From: Pyrodictium abyssi
GTDB taxonomy: Archaea > Thermoproteota > Thermoprotei_A > Sulfolobales > Pyrodictiaceae
Length of the DNA stretch: 32,000 bases
Assembly: GCF_036323395.1 (NCBI RefSeq)
Contig: NZ_AP028907.1
Coordinates: 1,500,001-1,532,000 of the forward strand
Direction of reading: 5' to 3'
A model generated the notes under the pieces. That model saw nothing but the letters and a program-made list of their open reading frames with translations, was not told the DNA's origin and ran no database searches. Shown one piece after another: positions 9,505 to 18,863 of this stretch; the first letter of the stretch is position 1, and each line of letters begins with the position of its first letter. A program made the position numbers and the translations under genes.

Positions 9505-10318
9505 AGCTGGCCTTCCTCTCTTCCAGCAGTCTACGCAGCTTCTCCTTCTCAGAGCGCGAAAGGTGCAGTACTATATCGGTTGGTTCACGAGGCGCAGAGG
9601 GAGGCTTTATGGTCTCCCCCACAAGCACTATGCCCTTATCAATCGCGTCTAACACGTCTGAGGCGGAGTAGAACTCTACAAGCTCGGCAAGCCTGTACTC
9701 GAAGTCTATAGCCTCCTTAGCTTCCCTCTCAGAGAGCACGTAGCCACAAACCATGCACTCGAGGTCAGGGGTAACAGCTCTAAATCCGCAGCGAGGACAT
9801 GGTATAGGTGTAGGCCTGCCATACTGCTCCCATAGGCTCCTCAGAATAGGTAACAAGTCCGTCCTATTGCTACGCAGAGCTTCGCGATAAAGTCGTGAGA
9901 TATACCTAGCAGCAACCGGGCCACCATACGTTGCCACGAACTCTAGCTGCTCTGGTGTAAGCCTGTTAAGCTTCTCAAGGAGATAGGCAGAAGCCATCAT
10001 GTACACGTTGTTAAGCGCACCCTGCATCTTGGATATTACGGCATCCTTAGACGGTCTAGACGAGTACTGCTCGAGGATGCCCTCAACTATGGGTTTAAGC
10101 ATCTCCTTGTACGAGTCCCTATCTAGTGCAAGGATGGCTAGACCCAGCTTCTGCACGGCCTCGTCAACTATACTGTCAAGTAGCTTCTCCGGATCCACTT
10201 GCGCTCGTTGAACGGCCCGCCTCGAACTATAGGATTTCGACCGGGTTACACTGCTTCCCGCCGTAGTGCTACGTCTCCGTCTACTTATTCTCCTCCTGCC
10301 ACGAGACACGATACTCAC
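9473..10318 (-). CDS. Uncharacterised archaeal protein with zinc ribbon
   Basis: 281 aa; Arg-rich N-terminus, C-terminal CPRCGFRAVTPDLECMVCGYVLS. Ends 32 nt inside the thioredoxin-like gene, suggesting an operon. Confidence 0.75.
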   Translation of the reverse strand: MSIVSRGRRRISRRRRSTTAGSSVTRSKSYSSRRAVQRAQVDPEKLLDSIVDEAVQKLGLAILALDRDSYKEMLKPIVEGILEQYSSRPSKDAVISKMQGALNNVYMMASAYLLEKLNRLTPEQLEFVATYGGPVAARYISRLYREALRSNRTDLLPILRSLWEQYGRPTPIPCPRCGFRAVTPDLECMVCGYVLSEREAKEAIDFEYRLAELVEFYSASDVLDAIDKGIVLVGETIKPPSAPREPTDIVLHLSRSEKEKLRRLLEERKASYAGGSSARRV

Positions 10319-10671
10319 TCCCTGCAGCTACGGTCACGTATCTGCTGCCCTTTGTGGCCACAAAGGCCCCGGGCAGAGGGCTTCAGAATCTTCGCTCGGA
10401 GCAGAGTACACTCGGAGGAAGCCCCTATAACTCTCCCGTGAAGAGAGGTTACAATCCAGCCACGGGGAGATGTTGTCACTTGCCCCCCGCGACCCCTTAG
10501 AGGGGATGAAGACATTACCGCGAACAGAACCCCGCCAAGCTTCTATACACCTGCAGGGACATATCGGCGAGTCCACAGCTAGTGTTCGGCAAAGCCTAAT
10601 GCATGGATAATGTATTTTGTGTGTAACTAGGTACACGGATAGATGTGTGCCGTGAAACAGTGATGATCCTG

Positions 10672-10989
10672 CTAGTACCTCTCGTCGTACCAGTCTCTGC
10701 CTTGCGGCATGTATATCGGGCCGTTCCTTGCGGCATAACGGCTGACTAGATAGCTGAGAAGCACTTCTAGCTGTCGCTTACGTTTGCGTGCGCTCCGCAA
10801 AGCCGCCTCGAACTCTTCAAGAGAAACCTCTTGCCCCTTAAACCAGGCCTTTACGAGCCTCTTGTATATGTAGCGCAGAAGACTATCATACTCATCCTCG
10901 AGGTCCACGTTGTAGTGATACTTGTACACGACGTGCTCTATAAGCTCCCCAAGGTATTTGTCAATAAGCATTAACGCTTCCTCATTCAT
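10672..10989 (-). CDS. Hypothetical protein
   Basis: 105 aa, helical and charged, with natural-looking composition (MNEEALMLIDKYLGELIEHVVYKYHYNVDLEDEYDSLLRYIYKRLVKAWFKGQEVSLEEFEAALRSARKRK...). Confidence 0.65.
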   Translation of the reverse strand: MNEEALMLIDKYLGELIEHVVYKYHYNVDLEDEYDSLLRYIYKRLVKAWFKGQEVSLEEFEAALRSARKRKRQLEVLLSYLVSRYAARNGPIYMPQGRDWYDERY

Positions 10990-11350
10990 GGCTTACTCCA
11001 GGTTAACAACTACTAGCTTGCAGATACACCCTATAACTTCTCCTCTTCACAAGACCCAGGGCGTACATAACGCATTGAATACATTGTTTACATGAAGGTT
11101 GACTGGAGAGAGGGGCTCAGCGGCTACCATCCTCAGCACGGCGCTGCGCCGAGCAGAGAACGCCTCAGCAGCGGTCAGAGTTCAACACAGCCCCAGGTAG
11201 ACACAGTAAATGCGGAGGAAATGAGGGGCCTTATAGGTTACGGCCAGATAGGCGGCTCAGAATGCTCGTGCAACGACATCGGGCTAACGCCCTGCCGGCA
11301 CGGGCGCTCATCACAGCCTCTATGGATTGGCTGAACAGCCCTGGAACGCT

Positions 11351-11361
11351 CTAATATTATA
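11351..11361 (+). promoter_or_regulatory. TATA-like box upstream of the nucleoside phosphorylase gene
   Basis: CTAATATTATAG about 30-40 nt upstream of the 11391/11403 start codons. Confidence 0.45.
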
Positions 11362-11390
11362 GCCCTAGAGGCTCTGCCCTTACGCTGCGG

Positions 11391-12131
11391 GTGCAGAGGA
11401 GTATGAAGCCACAGCATATACGTATAAGCCCAGAAGAAGTAGCCGAGAGAGTGGTCGTGGTAGGCGATCCGGCTCGCGCAAAGTTCCTAGCCGAAAACTT
11501 CCTCGAGGAGCCAAGACTCGTAAACGAGAAGCGCGGCTTCCACGTATACACTGGATACTATAAGGGCACGCGTGTAAGTGTCGCAGTGCACGGGATCGGC
11601 GGCCCCTCCGCAGCGATAGTGTTTGAAGAACTATACATGCTTGGCGCCAGGACTATGATAAGGCTCGGTACTGCTGGTGGACTAGTCCCGCAGCTAGAGA
11701 TAGGCGACGCCGTAGTAGCGACTGGTGCAGCCTACATACATGGCGGTACCATAGGCTCTTACGTGCCGGACGCGTGTATGGTGGCGGCACCCAATCCGCT
11801 ACTCACAACAATACTCTACGAGAAGGCAAAGGAGATACACGGCAGAGTATACCTAGGCCCAGTGTTCAGCAGCGATGCCTTCTACGCTGAAGACGCACAC
11901 TTCGTGGAGAAGTGGTCAAAGCGCGGCATAATCGCCGTGGAAATGGAGGTAGCAACACTCTACGCACTGGCCGCGATGAGAGGCTTCAATACTGCCGCGC
12001 TGCTAGTTATATCAGATAACCTCGCGGTACCCGGCAAGGAGGAGCTGAAACACCATGAAGAGCTAGAGCCATTCGTAGAGAAAGCCGCTAGAGCAGTATT
12101 CGAGGCCATAACAAGCTTCAAACAAGAGTAA
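11391..12131 (+). CDS. Purine-nucleoside phosphorylase / 5'-methylthioadenosine phosphorylase (PNP/UDP phosphorylase family)
   Basis: 246 aa; VVVVGDPARAKFLAE, VSVAVHGIGGPSAAIVFEEL, MIRLGTAGGL, IAVEMEVATLYALAAMRGFNTAALLVISDN. ATG at 11403 is an alternative start. Confidence 0.92.
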   Translation: MQRSMKPQHIRISPEEVAERVVVVGDPARAKFLAENFLEEPRLVNEKRGFHVYTGYYKGTRVSVAVHGIGGPSAAIVFEELYMLGARTMIRLGTAGGLVPQLEIGDAVVATGAAYIHGGTIGSYVPDACMVAAPNPLLTTILYEKAKEIHGRVYLGPVFSSDAFYAEDAHFVEKWSKRGIIAVEMEVATLYALAAMRGFNTAALLVISDNLAVPGKEELKHHEELEPFVEKAARAVFEAITSFKQE

Positions 12132-12286
12132 AACTACATACACACATCTCATCTTTATCGCAGCTCACGTAAATTACAGCCCGAAAGCACCTCGCGGTTA
12201 AAGGCCCGAGCTATACACAGTATTCCAAGCAGGGGTGCCGCTGAGGAAGCCTTGGACGACAGCTTGACCGCACCAACCGCTCTGGG

Positions 12287-12661
12287 GTGAAGCAAGCCGT
12301 GGCCACCGAGGCCCCTCCCCACCAGCTTCGGAAACTGTTCGAAAACCGTGGCCTAGAAGTAGCTGAGACAAGATCACAGCAAGTAACACTCCTTGGCGAG
12401 ACCGTGGAATACCACTCTGTATCCGGGCTAAAGCAGGGATCCTACAGGATAACTGTAAAACTACTACCAGTGCCATCAAGCACCCAGCTAGTGATAAACA
12501 CGTCAAGCGAAGAAGAGGCAAGAAGAGCAGCAGACAAGCTCGAAAGGCTAGGCTTCAACGTTGATACCGATGGAGAGGTAGTGAGAGCTAAAACCAGAAG
12601 TACAAGTATAACACTAGTCAGCAAAGCCATAGATGTAGCGGAGGAAGCAACAAAGTCTTGA
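12287..12661 (+). CDS. Hypothetical protein
   Basis: 124 aa, plausible composition (SSEEEARRAADKLERLGFNVDTDGEVVRAKTRSTSITLVSKAIDVAEEATKS). Its stop overlaps the next gene's TTG start (TTGA). Confidence 0.65.
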   Translation: MKQAVATEAPPHQLRKLFENRGLEVAETRSQQVTLLGETVEYHSVSGLKQGSYRITVKLLPVPSSTQLVINTSSEEEARRAADKLERLGFNVDTDGEVVRAKTRSTSITLVSKAIDVAEEATKS

Positions 12662-13764
12662 AAAACAACATATCGGATATGAGAAAGAGCATACTCAGGA
12701 TACTTGGTCTAGACAATCTCGGCATAGGAGCAGATAGTATAACAAACGGCGTACTAGCTATAAGAAACGAGAGCAGCTGTCATAGACTACTTTCCGAGCC
12801 GAATGTTACTGTCCTCCGGGCAGCGAGAATAGAGGCCCTAGAGTGCGGAGGGAAGACAGAGATAAAACTAGTAAGCAGAAACGGCATCTGGATAAGGGCC
12901 AAGCTCCCAACAGCTGTGGACTCTTGCACAGCAAGCGAGCTACCACTGTACAAGCCGCGTAAGGACTACATAGGCCCAACATACAAGACGGTCTCAGACG
13001 CCATAAAGCAGTTTGTATTGGCGGATTCGAGGATCCCCATAATAGTAGACACGTATGTCCCAGTAGCCGGCATACAGTGCAGACCGCGCATAGGCTGCAT
13101 GCCGACCACTCATTACCGGAACCAAACACGACTAGACAGTGGAGACTCGATAAAAACCGGAATCTATAAGCCTAGGATAGTCCAGCCAACACTACTCTCA
13201 TGGATTTACAGAAGAATAGCGGGAGGTAGCCATACCTATCATGTGCCATGGATATGCATTGGTGGAGGCAATGACTACCTGGCTATAATCTGTACACCGC
13301 CGGCTGAGACCTGCAGAGTATCTGTCAATGACAAGGGCCTGGCGGCCCTAGAGGAGGGGGTAGCGGTAGCACTTAGGCTAAAGAGATGTAGCCCTCCATG
13401 GCTCTATACTGCCTACCTAGTTGGAAACGTGCTAAGTGGAGCGCCAACTAGGCTTGAGGCCAAGAAACCAGCTATATGGTCTCCAACGGGGCTAGTCCCT
13501 CTCTATGCTAGCGTAGCAAGAAACGGTAAGAGTATAGCCATCCAGCTTGTAGTATGGAATCCATCGCCTATAGCAGTGAAACACGAGCTCGTGATAGAAG
13601 AGTATCGTATAAGAGATGGATGGCTCTATACCGGCCTATCCAGAGACTGGGAAGAACTAATCCCCAGCTTCAATAGAGTGCACATACCTCTCTCCAGAAA
13701 CCAGCTAGCAATAGTGAGCATCAATGGGGTAGAACTCCCGCCTCTTCTAAGGAGGAGAGTATAA
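12658..13764 (+). CDS. Hypothetical protein
   Basis: 368 aa long ORF with no family I recognise. Start/stop overlap with the preceding gene. Confidence 0.75.
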   Translation: MKNNISDMRKSILRILGLDNLGIGADSITNGVLAIRNESSCHRLLSEPNVTVLRAARIEALECGGKTEIKLVSRNGIWIRAKLPTAVDSCTASELPLYKPRKDYIGPTYKTVSDAIKQFVLADSRIPIIVDTYVPVAGIQCRPRIGCMPTTHYRNQTRLDSGDSIKTGIYKPRIVQPTLLSWIYRRIAGGSHTYHVPWICIGGGNDYLAIICTPPAETCRVSVNDKGLAALEEGVAVALRLKRCSPPWLYTAYLVGNVLSGAPTRLEAKKPAIWSPTGLVPLYASVARNGKSIAIQLVVWNPSPIAVKHELVIEEYRIRDGWLYTGLSRDWEELIPSFNRVHIPLSRNQLAIVSINGVELPPLLRRRV

Positions 13765-13811
13765 CCTAGAAGCTACGTATCCAGAAGACTCGAGGCTGTA
13801 AAGGTATAGAA

Positions 13812-14180
13812 TCAGCATGGTGTATCAGGTACGGTCGGCCTAGGTTCAACTTTTAAGCGGAGCTTCTTACATATGTCACAGATGTAGAGCGGTATGCGTT
13901 CCTCGTCCACATTACCGCTTATTATCTGCTCTGCTATCTTCGACACCATTTCATAGAGTTCTCTGTCGTTAAGCACAGCATCTATGTAGCCTCCACCTCT
14001 CCTCTTAAGCAGGTAGTTTGATACGGCCGCTGGTGTAAGCTTAAGCAGCTTTGCAGCTCTATAGATCGAGAGACCGTAGTCTCTCACTAGTACTATAGCT
14101 ATTGATGCTCTTATTGATGGCACGTACTTCCTTACAGCTATCTCGCAGGGCGCCGAGAGAAAGTTAATCGTCTCCTTCAT
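13812..14180 (-). CDS. Helix-turn-helix transcriptional regulator (archaeal)
   Basis: 122 aa; SIRASIAIVLVRDYGLSIYRAAKLLKLTPAAVSNYLLKRRGG is an HTH. C-terminal CDICKKLR. Confidence 0.8.
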   Translation of the reverse strand: MKETINFLSAPCEIAVRKYVPSIRASIAIVLVRDYGLSIYRAAKLLKLTPAAVSNYLLKRRGGGYIDAVLNDRELYEMVSKIAEQIISGNVDEERIPLYICDICKKLRLKVEPRPTVPDTPC

Positions 14181-14380
14181 AGCTCCCTTAGCCCACTTTC
14201 ACACGTGTTACTAGATGTATCCTAATAACGGCTACTCCGGGGAAGATGTATAATATTGCTATCCTAGCGCAACAGTAGAAGCAGCGATAGCTGTGCCCAG
14301 ACCCGTAGAGTATTATATTGTTTGTTAGAGAGAAAAGAAGAAAAGAACCAAATCGTCTAATAGCGGTACCGCGGCAAGAC

Positions 14381-14389
14381 GTATATAAG
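14381..14389 (+). promoter_or_regulatory. TATA box for the protein disulfide oxidoreductase gene
   Basis: ACGTATATAAGGAG about 30 nt upstream of the start codon region 14413-14416, implying a leaderless or short-leader transcript. Confidence 0.6.
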
Positions 14390-14412
14390 GAGCTATAAAC
14401 GGTGCGTGTGCC

Positions 14413-15144
14413 TTGATGGACCCGGTGAGAATGGAAATCGATCATGAGACTCGTGAGGCAATACGTGAGGCCTTCCAGGATCTCGTGAAACCTGTTACAA
14501 TAAACGTCTTCATAGGACCGAATTGCCAGTATTGCGACGAGACGCTGAAAATAGCCAAGGTTCTCGAGGAGGAAGCGCCGGCAAAGAACGGAGAAAAACT
14601 CGTGAAGGTACGCATATACGAGAAGGGCAAGGACGACGAGATATTCAAGAAGCATGGCGTGGAACGAATACCAACAATAACACTGCTAGACGGGATGATA
14701 CGGTACACGGGTACGCCTAGCGGTGAGGAGATAAGAGGCCTCGTAGAAACCATAATAAGGATATCCCAGGAAGATAGCGGTCTAGACCCAGAAACTGTGG
14801 AAAAGATCAAAGAGATATCTGAGCCAGTTCACGTGGAAGTCATAGTCACGCCGCAGTGCCCCTACTGTCCCTATGCAGCGCTCCTCACTAACATGTTCGC
14901 ATTCGAGTCATGGAGGCATGGCAAGCGAAACTTCATAGCCGACACTGTGGAGGCGTACGAGAACCCCGACATAGCTGACAAGTACAACGTAATGTCAGTG
15001 CCCGCTATAGCAATAAACGGTGTGCTAGCATTCGTCGGTGTGCCATACGAGGAGGACTTCATAGAGAGAATAATAGACATAGTGAAACGCGGACGCGGTG
15101 TATTGGGCCCCAAAGTCATATCGGAGAGCGCTACCGGAGTGTAG
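14413..15144 (+). CDS. pdo: Glutaredoxin-like protein disulfide oxidoreductase (PDO)
   Basis: 243 aa with two thioredoxin-fold units carrying FIGPNCQYCDE (CQYC) and VTPQCPYCPYA (CPYC), plus cis-Pro motifs IPTI and VPAI. ATG at 14416 is an alternative start. Confidence 0.95.
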   Translation: MMDPVRMEIDHETREAIREAFQDLVKPVTINVFIGPNCQYCDETLKIAKVLEEEAPAKNGEKLVKVRIYEKGKDDEIFKKHGVERIPTITLLDGMIRYTGTPSGEEIRGLVETIIRISQEDSGLDPETVEKIKEISEPVHVEVIVTPQCPYCPYAALLTNMFAFESWRHGKRNFIADTVEAYENPDIADKYNVMSVPAIAINGVLAFVGVPYEEDFIERIIDIVKRGRGVLGPKVISESATGV

Positions 15145-15361
15145 AGGGCTATAGGCCTTCTCGTAGCATAGAATGCAGCCAGGCAATAGGGATGGCATCT
15201 CAGCTTTTCCTGGAAGCAGTTGTAGCGGTCCTACAGTAAGGGGCTCCGACAAATGCCTTTTCATCACCTCCCTAGTCAGCGTCGGGAGTACTCTTCACAG
15301 CCCCCCTTTTGAGGCGCTGGCTCTGCTCCTAATCCCTTAATTTCTGCTCGACCGGGGCCTA

Positions 15362-15385
15362 GGCTATAATAATGGCTATAATAAT
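15362..15385 (+). repeat. Tandem direct repeat, 2 x 12 bp (GGCTATAATAAT)
   Basis: GGCTATAATAATGGCTATAATAAT read directly, followed by AATAG. Confidence 0.9.
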
Positions 15386-15494
15386 AATAGACCGACGTGT
15401 CATGTGCCTCTAACCATACCCTGTGGCTACGGCATCAAGGCTGAGAAAAGGAGAAGAGGGACAAGCGAGCGGATAGGGCACTGTATACCATATG

Positions 15495-17450
15495 TTATTT
15501 GCCTAAAAGCTCGGCGATCTTCTTTTTGGCTATTTCGGCTACGGTTTTCCCGTCCACTTTGCCACGTAGCTTCGGCATTACACGGCCCATAACCTTGCTC
15601 AGAGCCGCGTAGCCGCGCTGACGTATCTCCGCTTCAAGCGCCTTTACAGCCTCGTCTACCATCTTCTCGACTGTCGAGAGATCCACTGTCTGGATTCCTA
15701 GCGCCTTAATGGCCTCGTCAACACTAGTACCTGGGTTCTTGGCAAGATAGGAGAGCAGGTCTGGCACAGCGTCCTTAGCTATCTTACCTTTCGCTACTGC
15801 TGCTATGGCTTCCTCTATCTGGCTGTCATCAAGGTTGTCCACTGGTATACCCTCTCTAGCTAGGCTCCGCAGTATGTTTGTGAACACGGACGCTATGTAT
15901 GACGGGTGTATCTTATCACCGTACTTTGCCGCTAGCTTCTCGAAGAGGTCGAGCCTCACGTCCCTTATTATCTGGCGAGCAAGGTCCTCACTCAGCCCAT
16001 ATCTCTTCTTCAGCTTTTCGAGCTTCTCAGTAGGCTTCTCCGGTACTATCTTGCGGGCCTCCTCTAGTAGTTCCTTGGTAACCTCGAGAGGCGGTATGTC
16101 TGTCTCCGGGTACATGCGTGCAGAGCCCGGCTGCGGTCTCATGAACCTGGTAGTGCCGTCCTCCTTGGCAGCTCTTGTCTCCTTTGGTATGCCTTCTAGA
16201 GCCATACGTGCTCTCTCAATAACGGCCTGTAGTGCCTTGCGGGCCTTATCCTCAGAATCGGCTACAATAACTACGGCGTCGCGGCCCTTGGCAGCGTTGA
16301 CGGCTTTGTAGAGCTGTTCTACCTCTTCGGCGGTTATCCCGTAGCCCGGCAGCTCGTCGGTATGGAATATGCCGCCAACACCGCCCCAGAACCTGGCGTA
16401 GTCAGCTAGCTCTGTTCCAAAGCGTCTACCGGGCTGGACCTCCACGCCTAGTAGCCCGTGGAAGCCGGGTAGCTTTACTGCGAGCACCTTGCCGCCTCTC
16501 TTAACTACTCTCGCTATTATCTTTGACTTGGTGTTCTTGAATACCTCTGTAACGTCTACTATCTCTAGTGATTCCAGCATTTCTTTCCGGACGCCGCGGG
16601 AGAGTAGCTCGTCGCGTATCTCTAGGAGCCTCTTCTGGCGTATAGCTTCATAGAGCACTATTTTGGGGAGAAGGTCTAGCCTCTGGACACCCTTGATCTC
16701 CGTCTTTACACCGCCCTTTATGGACACGTTAAGATCCTGTCTTATGGTGCCTATGCCTCGCTTGACCTTGCCTGTGAGGCGTAGTAGCTGGCCTATAGTC
16801 AGTGCAGCCTCGTAGGCCTCTTCGGGCGTCTCTATGTCTGGTGCGGTGGAGATCTCTATTAGAGGTATACCCAGCCGGTCGAGCATATAGTGGGTGTAGC
16901 GTCCTTCCTCGCCTAGTTTGCGCGCTGCATCCTCCTCTATAGCTATTGTCTGTATTCCTATCTTCTTCCCGCTCTCTAGCTCTATTTCGCCACCAAGCGC
17001 TATAATAGCGGTACGCTGGAAGCCTGTAGTGTTAGAGCCGTCTATGACTATCTTCCTCATAACGTATATCTCGTCTACGGGCGACGAGCCCAGCGCCAGC
17101 GCAACGGCGAGCCCGATCACTACAGCCTCTTTGTTTATCTCGTGAGGCGGCTCTTCGTCGGCCTCTACCAGGCATGCAGCCCTACGAGGGGCGTGATAGT
17201 GATACAGACGGCCTTTGCGCCATTCAAAGAGAGCAGCAATGTCTACCTCGCCAAGCTCGCTGCGTGTCGGGCGTAGCTGCCTCACAAACTCATCTTTAAT
17301 CTCGCTCTCGTCCACTAGTACTGTGGGACAGCTACAGAATAGCTTATGCCTAGTATCTAGCTGTTGGTGTATCTCAAGCCCCGCTTTAAGCCCAAGTTCT
17401 CGGGGATTGTACTTAGATACATCCACCTTAGGCTCGATCAATGTGGCCAC
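15495..17450 (-). CDS. gatE: Glutamyl-tRNA(Gln) amidotransferase subunit E
   Basis: 651 aa; GLKAGLEIHQQLDTRHKLFCSCPT, PRRAACLVEADEEPPHEIN, GFHGLLGVEVQPGRRFGTELADYA, C-terminal GatB/YqeY-like tail. Confidence 0.97.
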   Translation of the reverse strand: MATLIEPKVDVSKYNPRELGLKAGLEIHQQLDTRHKLFCSCPTVLVDESEIKDEFVRQLRPTRSELGEVDIAALFEWRKGRLYHYHAPRRAACLVEADEEPPHEINKEAVVIGLAVALALGSSPVDEIYVMRKIVIDGSNTTGFQRTAIIALGGEIELESGKKIGIQTIAIEEDAARKLGEEGRYTHYMLDRLGIPLIEISTAPDIETPEEAYEAALTIGQLLRLTGKVKRGIGTIRQDLNVSIKGGVKTEIKGVQRLDLLPKIVLYEAIRQKRLLEIRDELLSRGVRKEMLESLEIVDVTEVFKNTKSKIIARVVKRGGKVLAVKLPGFHGLLGVEVQPGRRFGTELADYARFWGGVGGIFHTDELPGYGITAEEVEQLYKAVNAAKGRDAVVIVADSEDKARKALQAVIERARMALEGIPKETRAAKEDGTTRFMRPQPGSARMYPETDIPPLEVTKELLEEARKIVPEKPTEKLEKLKKRYGLSEDLARQIIRDVRLDLFEKLAAKYGDKIHPSYIASVFTNILRSLAREGIPVDNLDDSQIEEAIAAVAKGKIAKDAVPDLLSYLAKNPGTSVDEAIKALGIQTVDLSTVEKMVDEAVKALEAEIRQRGYAALSKVMGRVMPKLRGKVDGKTVAEIAKKKIAELLGK

Positions 17451-18811
17451 CTCGGGTACAGGTCTACAGTATGTCTAGACGTAATCTCGCCGGCAAGATT
17501 CATTGCGAATAGGCGTCTCGCCTCGCCGGGGTCGCTTGTGCGAGCTAGTATCCACGAGAGCTTCACGAATGCTACCTCAGGGAGCATGTCCTCTGCGGGT
17601 ATGACTCCTGCCTGGAGCAGCTTCCGGCCAGTAGTGTAGACATTCATGTTTACTCTCCCGAAGAGCGTCTGCGACGTCATAACCACAGTGACTCCGGCTT
17701 CTACAGCGCGCCTAATGCTCTCAACGAGCCACTCACCTACATGGCCTAGCCCTGTCCCCTCTAGGACTATGCCCCGGTAGCCCCTATCCACTAGGAAGTC
17801 TATGATCTCGGGCTCCATTCCTGGATAGTACTTCACAAGCGCTACCTTCTCTTCGAAGCCGTTGGCTACTTCAAGCTCTTCTGCTCCACGGCTGCGTAGA
17901 GGCTCGTCTATGAGCTCTATTCTACGTTCGAATGGGTAGATCTTTGCTAGAGGCCTGCCGTTTATGGTCTGGAATGCGTCGCGGCGGCTTGTATGCATCT
18001 TTCTTACACGTGTAGCCCGGTGAGCGAGAGCATACGTATCGCCAGTCTCGCCGTGCATAACTACCACTACTTCAGCGAAGGGGGCCTTTGCGGCGACTAG
18101 TGTAGCGGCGATGAGATTGAAGGCGGCGTCGCTGCTGGGCCTATCGCTACTCCTCTGTGCACCAACGAATGCTATGGGTACCGGGAGTTTGCGGAACGCA
18201 AATGCTAGGGCAGAGGCGGTATAAGCCATGGTATCTGTTCCATGGGCTACTATGACGCCGTCAGCACCCTCCTCTATAGCCTTGGCTACCTCGTCAACTA
18301 TCTTCTCCCATAGGCGTGGCCTCATGTTCTCGCTTAGGATGTTCATTACCACTCTAGCCGAGATGTCGGCTATGAAGCCGACCTCTGGTACAGCTTCCAG
18401 GATCTCTTCGGCCGAGAATGCTGGCCTCACAGCACCGGTCTCATACTCGACCTTGCTAGCGATAGTGCCTCCAGTACCGAGTATCGTTATCCTCGGCCTC
18501 CTCTCCTCGGGCGGGGTCTCCTCGAGTAGCGGTATAGCTGCAGGCGCGCCTGCAGCAGCTTCCTTAAGTATTGTTTCTCGGGTCTTTACTACCTCAACTA
18601 CGGTCTTCTCGTCAACACGCAGCCCAACATTATACCCGTTGTCGAGCTTGACAACTATGATAGGCTTAGCCGAAAGAGCGTACCTAGGCATCAGTATGCC
18701 CTCGAAGACCCGGCCATCGCTCCTTGTAATGCGGATACGGTCGCCGGGCTTGGCGCCAGCTCTCTTAAGCAGTTCGAGAGCTACCCCAGTATAGCCAGCC
18801 GCCTCGTCCAA
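17438..18811 (-). CDS. gatD: Glutamyl-tRNA(Gln) amidotransferase subunit D (asparaginase-like)
   Basis: 457 aa; ITILGTGGTIASKVEYETGAV, GVIVAHGTDTMAYTASAL, FVGAQRSSDRPSSDAAFN. Overlaps gatE by 13 bp. Confidence 0.97.
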   Translation of the reverse strand: MDEAAGYTGVALELLKRAGAKPGDRIRITRSDGRVFEGILMPRYALSAKPIIVVKLDNGYNVGLRVDEKTVVEVVKTRETILKEAAAGAPAAIPLLEETPPEERRPRITILGTGGTIASKVEYETGAVRPAFSAEEILEAVPEVGFIADISARVVMNILSENMRPRLWEKIVDEVAKAIEEGADGVIVAHGTDTMAYTASALAFAFRKLPVPIAFVGAQRSSDRPSSDAAFNLIAATLVAAKAPFAEVVVVMHGETGDTYALAHRATRVRKMHTSRRDAFQTINGRPLAKIYPFERRIELIDEPLRSRGAEELEVANGFEEKVALVKYYPGMEPEIIDFLVDRGYRGIVLEGTGLGHVGEWLVESIRRAVEAGVTVVMTSQTLFGRVNMNVYTTGRKLLQAGVIPAEDMLPEVAFVKLSWILARTSDPGEARRLFAMNLAGEITSRHTVDLYPRWPH

Positions 18812-18852
18812 CGCTTTAGCCCAAGTAGCTAGAGCTGCACGGGGGGATAAAG

Positions 18853-18863
18853 CCTATATAAGG
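18853..18863. promoter_or_regulatory. TATA element between divergent gatD and rps30e
   Basis: CCTATATAAGG (reverse complement CCTTATATAGG) in the 86-bp gap between the two start codons. Spacing fits rps30e and could also serve gatD. Confidence 0.55.

Noticed and set aside
11092-11334. 80-aa ORF in the gap upstream of the phosphorylase gene
   Set aside because: Composition (GSECSCNDIGLTPCRHGRSSQPLWIG) and lack of any recognisable motif make coding unlikely; not listed as a CDS.
12198-12521. 107-aa minus-strand ORF rich in Leu/Val
   Set aside because: Antisense to the 12287..12661 ORF, which has better composition and is coupled to the next gene. Neither has family support, so this rejection is moderate.
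14188-14655. 155-aa minus-strand ORF upstream of and antisense to pdo
   Set aside because: Overlaps the N-terminal coding part of pdo and the pdo promoter; no motif.
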